Shown here in pieces: positions 48,649 through 57,645 of a stretch of 64,000 bases of DNA (position 1 is the stretch's first letter; every line of letters begins with the position of its first letter). A program made the position numbers and the translations under genes. Source of the DNA: an uncultured Maribacter sp. (GTDB lineage: Bacteria; Bacteroidota; Bacteroidia; Flavobacteriales; Flavobacteriaceae); assembly GCA_964569345.1 (NCBI GenBank), contig CAZMUV010000008.1:334-64333 (forward strand). The letters are read 5' to 3'. Under the pieces are notes generated by a model that was not told where the DNA came from, did not search any database, and saw only the letters and a list, made by a program, of their open reading frames with translations.

Positions 48649-49335
48649 TTACTCAAAACAATCGGTACACAGTTTTCTACCAAAGGTATAGGTTAAGGTA
48701 ACCCCTGAAAAAACATACCAATCATCGCTAAAAATATTTCCAAAACGGAACTCCTCAAAATTGGAACCTTCTGGATTACTAGCATCCAAATTATCGGTAA
48801 AAGTATATCTAGCTCCTATTTCTGCCCCAAAAATAAGAAACTGATTGATACGATACTTAAAACCTAACGTCATTGGTATCGCAAATGCTCCATCTTTTTG
48901 AGAAATGTCCTGTAAAACACCTCCATTAAAATAGTTGTAATCATATCTGAAATAGGTAACTCCCGTATACAAATAAGGCGTAAAAGCGGCTCCCAACTTA
49001 TGAAGATTATAATCCACAAAATTTACCTCTAAACCAACAGAGCCTTCTAGAACGGAATTATCTACTACATAACCTCGTTGTTGCCGTGCCGTCGTACTAG
49101 ATTTGCTATCGTCTGCCGTGAACTTACCATATAGTAAGCTACCTCGCCACGCGTAACGCTTGCTCTTATTCCATTTAAAAATACCACCAAATGCGATATC
49201 GGAGGGTAGAATATAGTTGGTTCTACCTACATCACCAATAATATTGGCCCCTCCCGCAAAAATACCTACTTCATAGGTTTGGGCAGTAATCATAAAAGAT
49301 GTGGAAAGAAAGAATACAAGAAGTATCTGCCTCAT
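48649..49335 (-). CDS. porG: PorG-like (DUF6089) outer-membrane beta-barrel, T9SS-associated
   Basis: GGAN..GD.G, FTDNLD, DWY.F.G..LTY.FG...C. Its position upstream of uppS-bamA-skp matches the known Bacteroidetes operon. Confidence 0.7.
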   Translation of the reverse strand: MRQILLVFFLSTSFMITAQTYEVGIFAGGANIIGDVGRTNYILPSDIAFGGIFKWNKSKRYAWRGSLLYGKFTADDSKSSTTARQQRGYVVDNSVLEGSVGLEVNFVDYNLHKLGAAFTPYLYTGVTYFRYDYNYFNGGVLQDISQKDGAFAIPMTLGFKYRINQFLIFGAEIGARYTFTDNLDASNPEGSNFEEFRFGNIFSDDWYVFSGVTLTYTFGRKLCTDCFE

Positions 49336-49451
49336 GCGATTATATTATTTATTGTCTAGCAGCGTTATACCATAAATAATATGGATTTTCCCTGCTCAAG
49401 TTCTCACAAGATAAACAGTATTTGAGCGTATTTATTGTTCAAAGGAAGTGG

Positions 49452-50333
49452 TCAGTTACGTTTATCCTCGCCCCAAAGCAATTTATTCCTAAGGGTTTTC
49501 AAAAAGCTTTCAGAAGTATATTCTATCATCTTTATGGTAAACGGTGCTTTCTTTATCGTTATTTCTTGCCCGTTCTCCAAAGATGCAATCCTAGAGTCAA
49601 GTGAAACCAAGTGGTTTTCCTCTCTACCGGACACCTTTAATCTTATAACTGTATCATCTGAAATAACCAAAGGTCTTGCATTTAAGTTATGCGGCGCAAT
49701 TGGCGTTAGTACCAAAGACTTTGCTGTAGGCACAATTACAGGCCCACCGCAACTAAGAGAATATCCGGTTGACCCTGTTGGCGTGGAAATAATAAGTCCA
49801 TCCGCCCAGTAGGAAGTTAGATATTCGTTATTAAGATGTGTTTCTACGGTTATCATGGAGGTGGTATCCTTTCTGCTAACGGTAATCTCGTTCAAGGCAA
49901 AATTAAGGTCTCCAAATTCCTCATCCAAAGCCTTTGTATTCAATTGAACAAGACTACGCTCAACTATTGTATAGTCTCCTCGCACAAACTCGCGCACCAC
50001 TTTCCTTACATCTTCTTTTTTAAAGGTGGATAAAAATCCCAATCGACCTGTATTGACGCCAACAATAGGTATACCTAAATCTTTCACAAAAGTAGTAGCC
50101 CTAAGAATAGTACCATCACCTCCAAAACTCACGAACATGTCAAAAGAATCGTCCAAGCCTTTTGTTGGAGTAAAAGTAGGGTACTCCCCATCGGCTCCAG
50201 AATCCAAATAAAGTCTGTAAAAATCGGCTTCTATAAAAACCGTAGCTGCTTCTTTTTGAAGTTCATCCAATAGCTCTACTAAAAATTCAATAGCATTATC
50301 CTGATAAGTTTGACCGTAGATAGCAACCTTCAT
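49452..50333 (-). CDS. nadK: NAD kinase
   Basis: FGGDGT, GRLGFL, ALNE, DGLIISTPTGSTGYSLSCGGP. Start at ATG 50333. Confidence 0.93.
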   Translation of the reverse strand: MKVAIYGQTYQDNAIEFLVELLDELQKEAATVFIEADFYRLYLDSGADGEYPTFTPTKGLDDSFDMFVSFGGDGTILRATTFVKDLGIPIVGVNTGRLGFLSTFKKEDVRKVVREFVRGDYTIVERSLVQLNTKALDEEFGDLNFALNEITVSRKDTTSMITVETHLNNEYLTSYWADGLIISTPTGSTGYSLSCGGPVIVPTAKSLVLTPIAPHNLNARPLVISDDTVIRLKVSGREENHLVSLDSRIASLENGQEITIKKAPFTIKMIEYTSESFLKTLRNKLLWGEDKRN

Positions 50334-50334
50334 G

Positions 50335-50991
50335 TTAGACATTTAGGTATTTATCTAAATAATCCGACCGTTGCTTTAAGCCCTCTAAGAATTGATCATC
50401 GCTAGTCCCAAAAAGAATATGGTAATTATAACGTCTAAAGGTCTGTACCACTTCGTTAAAATTTACTGTACTTATTTTTATAGTAACCTGAACGACATCA
50501 TTCTGAACATCCGTAATAAAAGCACCTATCATCTTGGCATTATTACTCTCCACAATTTGTGCGATTTCGCTAAATGAATAGTCGTTTATACCTGTAGCTA
50601 CAACCAAAATATTACCTGGATCAGTAAAAAACGGGATATCTATGAACACAGCTACAATATCCGTTAAATCGTAATACCCCAACACCTCTTCTTCTGTTCC
50701 AAGCACTGGCAAAAGATTAGCCTCGTTACGCGCAAAAACCTCAAGAACATCCATCCAATTAGTTTCCTTTCGGGCAAAAAATGTTTCCAAATCATATCTA
50801 AACGCATCGATTTTTGAAGTAGCATCTATAGTTTCGATATCGTTTTCAGAAAAAACACCCAAAAACCTCCCCTGTTCCGTGATGGCTATATGGGAATAGG
50901 TACTTTCTTTGAAAAATTCGAGAATCTTCTCAAAAGAATCATTGACTGTAAATACCGGAATATTGGTTAATATATGTTTTTGTATGTGCAT
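50335..50991 (-). CDS. CBS-domain protein
   Basis: Paired CBS-like segments plus a C-terminal ACT-like region. Confidence 0.75.
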   Translation of the reverse strand: MHIQKHILTNIPVFTVNDSFEKILEFFKESTYSHIAITEQGRFLGVFSENDIETIDATSKIDAFRYDLETFFARKETNWMDVLEVFARNEANLLPVLGTEEEVLGYYDLTDIVAVFIDIPFFTDPGNILVVATGINDYSFSEIAQIVESNNAKMIGAFITDVQNDVVQVTIKISTVNFNEVVQTFRRYNYHILFGTSDDQFLEGLKQRSDYLDKYLNV

Positions 50992-51027
50992 AAGCTTGAT
51001 TATAACGCAAAATAGTAATTATTAATA

Positions 51028-51042
51028 TCAAAAGGCATGCCT
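51028..51042 (-). promoter_or_regulatory. Sigma54-like box AGGCATG-CCTT-TTGA at the head of the CBS-...-skp operon
   Basis: -24 GG and -13 G correctly spaced, 36 nt upstream of the CBS ATG. Confidence 0.3.
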
Positions 51043-51048
51043 AATTTG

Positions 51049-51056
51049 TATTTTTG
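51049..51056 (+). promoter_or_regulatory. -7 element TATTTTTG for pdxJ
   Basis: Exact consensus 26 nt upstream of the ATG. Confidence 0.55.
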
Positions 51057-51082
51057 CAACCACCCTAAAGAAACCCGACATT

Positions 51083-51796
51083 ATGACAAAGCTAAGTGTA
51101 AACGTTAACAAAATAGCCACTTTACGCAATTCGCGCGGCGGAAATGTACCCAATGTGGTAAAAGTAGCCGAAGATATTGAGCGTTTTGGCGCGGAAGGAA
51201 TTACGGTACACCCCAGACCCGACGAACGACATATTAGGTACCAAGACACTAGAGACCTTGCAAAAAGCGTAACGACGGAATATAATGTGGAAGGAAATCC
51301 AAATCCGAAGTTTATTGCACTGGTATTACAGACAAAACCAACCCAAGTAACCTTGGTCCCCGATACCATCGACGCCATTACTTCGAACGCTGGATGGGAC
51401 ACGGTAAAACACGCTGATTTCTTAACTGATGTGGTAACCACTTTTAAAAAAGCCGGAATACGCACCTCCATTTTTGTTGACCCAATCATTGCTATGATAG
51501 ACGGGGCAAAAGCAACTGGTGCCAATCGCATAGAACTATACACAGAAAGCTATGCCAAAGGATATAAGAAAGACAAAGAAAAAGCAATAGCTCCATTTAT
51601 TTCAGCAGCACAAAGAGCGAACGAACTGGGTATTGGAATAAACGCGGGCCATGATCTTAGCCTAGAAAACATAGCGTACTTTCAAACCAACATTCCCGGC
51701 CTTTTAGAGGTCTCTATTGGCCATGCACTCATTTGCGAATCACTTTACCTAGGTCTGGAAAACGTAATACCTATGTATTTAAACAAGTTAAAATGA
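51083..51796 (+). CDS. pdxJ: Pyridoxine 5'-phosphate synthase
   Basis: LSVNVNKIATLRNSR, TVHPRPDERHI, IELYT, NAGHDL, EVSIGHALI. Confidence 0.95.
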   Translation: MTKLSVNVNKIATLRNSRGGNVPNVVKVAEDIERFGAEGITVHPRPDERHIRYQDTRDLAKSVTTEYNVEGNPNPKFIALVLQTKPTQVTLVPDTIDAITSNAGWDTVKHADFLTDVVTTFKKAGIRTSIFVDPIIAMIDGAKATGANRIELYTESYAKGYKKDKEKAIAPFISAAQRANELGIGINAGHDLSLENIAYFQTNIPGLLEVSIGHALICESLYLGLENVIPMYLNKLK

Positions 51797-52563
51797 ATCC
51801 CATCCTAAATTCTAAAGTCCTAGGCGAAGGAAGACCCTTATGTATTCTGCATGGTTTCCTAGGCATGTCCGATAATTGGAAAACACTAGGAGCTGCCTAT
51901 GCCAACAAAGGATTCAGCGTACATCTAATCGACCAGCGAAATCATGGCAAGAGCTTCCATAGTACAGATTTTAATTATGATTTCTTAGCCAATGACCTCA
52001 AAATATATCTAGACGCCCATAGTATTACCAAAACTGCAATTATAGGACATTCCATGGGAGGTAAAACAGCCATGCAATTCGCATGTAACTTTCCTGAAAT
52101 GACAGAGAAATTAATCATTGCGGACATCGCTCCAAAATTCTATCCGCCACATCATCATGAAATTATCGATGCTTTGCAGTCTGTAAATCTAGACAGTATT
52201 AGCTCCAGAACGGAAGCAGACGCAGCGCTAAAAAAACAGCTAAGCAATGCAAGTATTCGGCTGTTTCTTCTCAAGAATCTCTATTGGAACAAAGAAAAAA
52301 ATCTCGCCTTTCGTTTTAATCTTCCCATACTGAGCAAGAAAATGGAAGAAGTAGGGGAAAATATCAATAGCACAGATAACTTCGCAGGGCCAACTCTTTT
52401 TTTGAGGGGTAGCAAATCGGAATATGTGACGGAAAACGATATCGATGACATCAAAAAACACTTTCCTAACGCCACTTTGGATACAGTTTCAAATGCGGGC
52501 CATTGGCTACATGCGGAAAACCCTAAAGAATTTTTGGAAAAATCATTAGCGTTCTTACACTAA
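51793..52563 (+). CDS. Alpha/beta hydrolase (YbfF-like esterase)
   Basis: HGFLG..DNW, DQRNHG, GHSMGG, AGHWLHAENP. ATGA overlap with pdxJ. Confidence 0.88.
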   Translation: MNPILNSKVLGEGRPLCILHGFLGMSDNWKTLGAAYANKGFSVHLIDQRNHGKSFHSTDFNYDFLANDLKIYLDAHSITKTAIIGHSMGGKTAMQFACNFPEMTEKLIIADIAPKFYPPHHHEIIDALQSVNLDSISSRTEADAALKKQLSNASIRLFLLKNLYWNKEKNLAFRFNLPILSKKMEEVGENINSTDNFAGPTLFLRGSKSEYVTENDIDDIKKHFPNATLDTVSNAGHWLHAENPKEFLEKSLAFLH

Positions 52564-52693
52564 ATTTTAAAACTGATATCACTAACTAAATACGTAACAA
52601 CAACCTAGAACTTTCCTTTGGTCTGATAATTGATTACATTTAAATACATTTTGCTTTTGCAATAAACTAGACGAACCTAAATTACAAAACCCT

Positions 52694-53044
52694 ATGAAAC
52701 TTATCCTAAGAACACTCTTAAGCGCCCTTGCCGTAATTCTTTTAGCTAACATTCTACCTAATGTATCCGTTGATTCTTATACTACTGCCATTATCGTGGC
52801 TATTGTACTAAGTCTATTGAATTTCTTGGTCAAGCCCATTCTTGTTATACTAACATTACCCGTAACCGTGCTAACTCTAGGGCTTTTCCTTCTGATTATA
52901 AATGCTGTAATTATACTTCTAGCAGACAATCTAATAGATGGCTTTAGCGTAGGGAATATATGGTGGGCGCTACTTTTTAGTCTTTTGCTTTCCTTTTTGC
53001 AATCCATTTTGTTTTCCCTGCTTAAAGAGGATAAGAAAAAATGA
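52694..53044 (+). CDS. YvlD/DUF360 (Phage_holin_4_2) family membrane protein
   Basis: Four TM helices, LNFLVKPIL.ILTLP.T.LTLGLF.LIINA. Confidence 0.8.
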   Translation: MKLILRTLLSALAVILLANILPNVSVDSYTTAIIVAIVLSLLNFLVKPILVILTLPVTVLTLGLFLLIINAVIILLADNLIDGFSVGNIWWALLFSLLLSFLQSILFSLLKEDKKK

Positions 53045-53099
53045 AGTTAGGAATCGGAATTCAACGGGTTGAAAACTTGGCAAACATTCTAAAATAGCG

Positions 53100-53107
53100 T
53101 AGTTTTG
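53100..53107 (+). promoter_or_regulatory. -7 element TAGTTTTG for tig
   Basis: Exact consensus 34 nt upstream of the ATG. Confidence 0.55.
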
Positions 53108-53141
53108 CACCCCATTTTATTTAAGAAAAAGATACTAAGGA

Positions 53142-54464
53142 ATGAATATTACAAAAGAGCAGATAGACGATTTAAACGCTGTTGTTAAGGTAGCTATCAC
53201 AAAAGAGGATTACCAGGACAAAGTGGACACTATTCTTAAGGATTACAGGAAACAAGCAAACATTCCTGGCTTTAGAAAAGGACAAGTCCCCATGGGACTT
53301 ATCAAAAAACAATATGGCAAAGCCGTATTGGTAGACGAGGTAAACAAATTACTACAAGACAACCTGAATAAATACCTTACCGAGGAAAAGTTAGATGTAC
53401 TTGGAAATCCCTTACCGAAGCAACAGGACAACTTTGACTGGGACAAAGAGGAGCTAGACTTCGAATTTGAGCTAGGACTTGCCCCTGCCTTTGAGGTTTC
53501 TTTAAAAACCAAAAAAGCCATTACACATTATAAGATTGTTGCCGACAAGAAAATGATCTCTGAGCAAGTAGAGCGCATCCAAAAGCAATACGGAAAATTA
53601 ACAAACAAAGATGTTGTTGGTAAAAACGATGAAGTTTCAGGTACATTCTTCAACGAGACCGAGGAAATAGACAACCAAACGTTGTTAGAAATGGATAAAC
53701 TCAAAAGCAAAAAAGCTATTGAAGGCCTTGTTGGTAAAAAAGTTGGAGATACTATCACCTTAAAAACCAAAGGACTTTTAAAGGAGGACAACTTACTTGC
53801 TAGCACCTTGGGTATTACAGCCGAAAAAGCTGTAAAGTTAAACATAGAGGTAGCTTTTACCATTAGCGAAATAAATGAACGTGAGCCTGCACCTTTGAAT
53901 CAGGAGCTGTTTGATAAATTATTCGGCAAAGACGACATAAAAACGGAAAAAGAACTTAGAGCTCGAATTGGTGAAGATTCTGAAAAGCAATTTGAGCAAC
54001 AGGCAGATCAAAAATTATTGAATGACGTAACCGAATATTTCATTGAGAATATAAAATTTGAGCTTCCTGCAGGGTTTTTAACTAAATGGATTCAAGTTAC
54101 TGGAGAAAAAGAACTTTCAGAAGAGGAAGCTACGGAAGAGTTCAAAAAATCGGAAAAAGGCTTACGCTATCAACTTATAGAAGGGAAAATCATTAGTGAA
54201 AATAACCTTCAAGTACAGTTTGATGAATTAAAGGAATTCGCTAAAGGTTTCATTAAATCTCAAATGGCACAATTCGGACAATTAGATCCACAAGAAGAGG
54301 AGCTGGATAATATAGCAGCCCGAGTTTTGGGTAACCAAGATGAGGTCAAAAGACTTTCGGAGCAATTAATGAGCCAAAAACTATTAAACGTTTACAAGGA
54401 GAAAGCTAACCTTAAAGCAAAGGAAGTCACTTACGAAAACTTTGTCAAAGAGGTTTACGGATAA
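53142..54464 (+). CDS. tig: Trigger factor
   Basis: Ribosome-binding motif IPGFRKGQVP and the tig-clpP-clpX gene order. Confidence 0.93.
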   Translation: MNITKEQIDDLNAVVKVAITKEDYQDKVDTILKDYRKQANIPGFRKGQVPMGLIKKQYGKAVLVDEVNKLLQDNLNKYLTEEKLDVLGNPLPKQQDNFDWDKEELDFEFELGLAPAFEVSLKTKKAITHYKIVADKKMISEQVERIQKQYGKLTNKDVVGKNDEVSGTFFNETEEIDNQTLLEMDKLKSKKAIEGLVGKKVGDTITLKTKGLLKEDNLLASTLGITAEKAVKLNIEVAFTISEINEREPAPLNQELFDKLFGKDDIKTEKELRARIGEDSEKQFEQQADQKLLNDVTEYFIENIKFELPAGFLTKWIQVTGEKELSEEEATEEFKKSEKGLRYQLIEGKIISENNLQVQFDELKEFAKGFIKSQMAQFGQLDPQEEELDNIAARVLGNQDEVKRLSEQLMSQKLLNVYKEKANLKAKEVTYENFVKEVYG

Positions 54465-54482
54465 TAATTTAAGTATCTTTAC

Positions 54483-54517
54483 GGTGCCGAAAATTATTTT
54501 TTCGGCACCTTTTTTTT
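54483..54517 (+). terminator. Intrinsic terminator after tig
   Basis: GGTGCCGAAAA-TTATT-TTTTCGGCACC followed by T8. Confidence 0.85.
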
Positions 54518-54620
54518 GCCTCTTACAGTATCAAGGAAATGCAGTCCTTAGCCAATACGAGGTTGAATTTGGAGCACGGAAATCAGCAGAGGTAATTATT
54601 CAGATAAATCGAATTAAAAA

Positions 54621-55301
54621 ATGGATTACGGAAAAGAGTTCAAAGATTACGCCATAAAACACCAAGGCATCAGCAGTACATATTATGATGGTATCATGAG
54701 TAGTATGTACCCAGTTAACATGACGCCGAATATTATCGAGGAAAGACAAATGAATGTGATTGCCATGGATGTTTATTCAAGGTTAATGATGGATCGTATT
54801 ATATTCTTAGGCACTGGCATTAACGACCAGGTAGCAAACATAGTGCAGGCGCAATTGTTATTCTTAGCTAGTGTTGATGCAACAAAAGATATTCAGATAT
54901 ATATCAACTCTCCAGGAGGAAGCGTATATGCAGGTCTTGGTATCTATGACACCATGCAGTTCATAAATCCGGATGTAGCAACCATTTGCACAGGTATGGC
55001 AGCCTCTATGGGCGCAGTACTTCTTTGCGCGGGAGAAAAAGGAAAACGTAGTGGACTGCAACATTCTAGAGTAATGATACACCAACCAATGGGCGGTGCG
55101 CAAGGCCAAGCTAGCGATATAGAAATTACGGCAAGAGAAATCCTGACCCTGAAGGATGAATTATACGAGATAATCGCAAATCATTCTGGTCAAACTGTTA
55201 AAAAAGTTCATGACGATAGCGACAGGGATTATTGGATGAAGGCTGATGCAGCCCTTAAGTATGGTATGATTGACGAAATTTTAGTAAGGGAAAAGAAATA
55301 A
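54621..55301 (+). CDS. clpP: ATP-dependent Clp protease proteolytic subunit
   Basis: YINSPGG, AASMG (Ser), MIHQP (His), DRD. Confidence 0.96.
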   Translation: MDYGKEFKDYAIKHQGISSTYYDGIMSSMYPVNMTPNIIEERQMNVIAMDVYSRLMMDRIIFLGTGINDQVANIVQAQLLFLASVDATKDIQIYINSPGGSVYAGLGIYDTMQFINPDVATICTGMAASMGAVLLCAGEKGKRSGLQHSRVMIHQPMGGAQGQASDIEITAREILTLKDELYEIIANHSGQTVKKVHDDSDRDYWMKADAALKYGMIDEILVREKK

Positions 55302-55389
55302 TTTCGACCAAGTCTTATAAATAGATGTAGTTGTAATAAACCAAAACCGGATAACTTCCGTTATGGTTTGAGGTCTGAGTAGTAATTAT

Positions 55390-56625
55390 ATGGCAAAAGA
55401 AAATTTAGAGTGTTCGTTCTGCGGTCGAAAAAAACCGGAAACCAATTTATTGATTGCAGGTTTAGATGCGCACATCTGCGATAGATGTATAGAGCAAGCA
55501 CACGGTATTGTTGCAGAAGAATCAAAACAGACAAAAACTAACGATTTATCTTCAGAACTGGTACTGAAAAAACCACTGGAAATCAAAGATTTCTTGGACA
55601 CCTTTATTATTGGTCAAGAACGGACCAAAAAAGTGATGTCAGTTGCTGTTTATAATCACTACAAAAGGTTATTACAACCTTCTTCTAAGGAAGATGACAT
55701 AGAAATTCAGAAGAGTAATATTATCATGGTAGGCCAAACGGGGACAGGAAAAACCCTAATGGCCAAAACCATTGCAAAAATGCTGAACGTTCCCTTAGCT
55801 ATTGTTGATGCAACCGTTTTAACGGAGGCAGGATACGTTGGTGAAGATGTGGAGAGTATCCTCACACGCCTACTACAAGCTGCCGATTACAATTTAGAAA
55901 AAGCAGAGCGTGGTATTGTTTTTATTGATGAAATAGATAAAATAGCCCGCAAAAGTGACAACCCATCTATAACTAGGGACGTTTCCGGAGAAGGCGTACA
56001 GCAAGGATTACTTAAATTACTGGAAGGCACTGTCGTAAACGTGCCGCCAAAAGGAGGTCGTAAGCACCCAGATCAAAAATTTATAGAAGTAAATACGGAA
56101 AATATCCTATTTATTGCTGGCGGTGCATTTGACGGTATAGAACGTGCCATTGCGAAAAGGCTTAATATGCAAGCGGTAGGCTACAACGCCTCAAAAGTAG
56201 ACGACAAATTGGACGATGACAATATGTTGCAATATATTATACCTAAAGATTTAAAAGAGTTTGGATTGATACCAGAAATTATTGGCCGCTTACCTGTTTT
56301 GACTCATATGAATCCGCTGGACAAGAAAACCTTACGCGCCATATTAACAGAACCGAAAAATGCCATCATAAAGCAATATGAAAAACTTTTTGCGATGGAC
56401 GATATTTCATTCAATATTACGGAACAAGCGTTGGATTATATTGTAGATAAAGCAATAGAATACAAACTAGGAGCAAGAGGATTAAGGTCTTTGTGTGAAG
56501 CAATTTTCACAGATGCAATGTTCGAAATGCCAAGTAATGAAGAAACGGAGTTTAAAGTCACAAAACCATATGCAGAACAAAAACTGTCTTACGAAACAGT
56601 CAAAAAACTAAAAGCAGTTTCTTAA
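55390..56625 (+). CDS. clpX: Clp protease ATP-binding subunit ClpX
   Basis: CSFCG...CDRC zinc finger, [27 protein letters not shown]. Confidence 0.96.
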   Translation: MAKENLECSFCGRKKPETNLLIAGLDAHICDRCIEQAHGIVAEESKQTKTNDLSSELVLKKPLEIKDFLDTFIIGQERTKKVMSVAVYNHYKRLLQPSSKEDDIEIQKSNIIMVGQTGTGKTLMAKTIAKMLNVPLAIVDATVLTEAGYVGEDVESILTRLLQAADYNLEKAERGIVFIDEIDKIARKSDNPSITRDVSGEGVQQGLLKLLEGTVVNVPPKGGRKHPDQKFIEVNTENILFIAGGAFDGIERAIAKRLNMQAVGYNASKVDDKLDDDNMLQYIIPKDLKEFGLIPEIIGRLPVLTHMNPLDKKTLRAILTEPKNAIIKQYEKLFAMDDISFNITEQALDYIVDKAIEYKLGARGLRSLCEAIFTDAMFEMPSNEETEFKVTKPYAEQKLSYETVKKLKAVS

Positions 56626-56666
56626 AAACAATAGGCTCGTTTTCGCAAGAGCGACTACATTAACCT

Positions 56667-56720
56667 AAAAGAGTTAAAAATATAGTTCAGGATTGAACTA
56701 TATTTTTAACTCTTTTTTTT
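56667..56720. terminator. Long perfect hairpin, probable bidirectional terminator
   Basis: 23-bp perfect stem AAAAGAGTTAAAAATATAGTTCA-GGAT-TGAACTATATTTTTAACTCTTTT, with extra Ts on the + strand. Confidence 0.75.
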
Positions 56721-56779
56721 ATGAAATTATGTTTGCTCTAAGCAACTGTTTTCAAGGGTTTAGAAAACCAATACCTCTT

Positions 56780-57337
56780 CTAAACAGCCTTTTTAGTTGT
56801 AGGCGCTATCTTGGTTACCTGTTGCAGTAAATCCATGCAAACCTTTTTGATTACTTTTTCATCTGAATATAAGGTATGACCATAATTTGGCATTACTTGC
56901 ATTTCCAATCCTAACATATCTGCCCAATTGTCTTCAGGCCTAAAAGTATCTTTTGCACCATATAACAAAGTAACCGGAACAGATGGCTTATCATTCTCCA
57001 TTCGTATTCTAGTGGAAGATACATTGTACAAAGATTTTACTGGCAGCCCTTTTTTAGCTGCATTCCATACAATAGTTCCGCCAGTACTAAATGCAAGGTA
57101 ATGACAAGGCTCTTTCTCTTTTTTTAACAAATGCGCTACAGCCGTATCAATGCCCCCATGCACAAAAGCATTATGAATATTTTCCTCTGAATTAACGGTC
57201 AAATCCAAATTAGCCAATTGCTGACTATCATAAAATGTGATATCGAAATACTGTTGTAGATACCCTAGATAAGAAGTTATCCAAAGTCCCTTCCTTGCGC
57301 CCCACATGTCTGAAACAATTACTAATTTTTCTGCCAT
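56780..57337 (-). CDS. Hypothetical protein with alpha/beta-hydrolase-like features (dienelactone hydrolase-like)
   Basis: VSDMWG, nucleophile-elbow-like AFSTGG, LLYG..D, GH near the C-terminus. Confidence 0.6.
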   Translation of the reverse strand: MAEKLVIVSDMWGARKGLWITSYLGYLQQYFDITFYDSQQLANLDLTVNSEENIHNAFVHGGIDTAVAHLLKKEKEPCHYLAFSTGGTIVWNAAKKGLPVKSLYNVSSTRIRMENDKPSVPVTLLYGAKDTFRPEDNWADMLGLEMQVMPNYGHTLYSDEKVIKKVCMDLLQQVTKIAPTTKKAV

Positions 57338-57454
57338 AATGATTGTTGTATTTAGTTTTACGGTTAAGTATCGTTTGTCTAAAGTCTTTCATAAACGGCA
57401 AAAAATAGTATTTATTTGTTCAGTAGAACAAAAACATCGGTGTAAAACTAAATG
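57338..57454 (-). promoter_or_regulatory. Candidate structured 5' leader
   Basis: Perfect 12-bp inverted repeat 57350-57361/57442-57453, internal hairpin 57415-57432, and promoter TATATTTG at 57459-57466. Confidence 0.45.
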
Positions 57455-57645
57455 AGCACAAATATAGCTTGCAAATTCTGCCTATCATAAAACGAATGAC
57501 CACTAAAAAACGACAAACAGCAGTATTAAAACTACGAGCAACATAATTAAATAGATTATTAAAACTTAGCTTGGCAAGGACCGCAAAAACCAGAAAGAGT
57601 ACTTGGCGCTTTTATCTTTACAGTAAATTACGATTCATTTAGTGT

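Noticed and set aside
52694-53044. 'Phage holin' as evidence of a prophage
   Set aside because: The YvlD/DUF360 family is a common chromosomal membrane protein, here next to tig. No endolysin or phage genes are present.
57613-57620. TATCTTTA facing antisense into the GH3 3' end
   Set aside because: It is a non-consensus box with no properly spaced -33 element and no downstream ORF or terminator, as expected by chance in AT-rich DNA.
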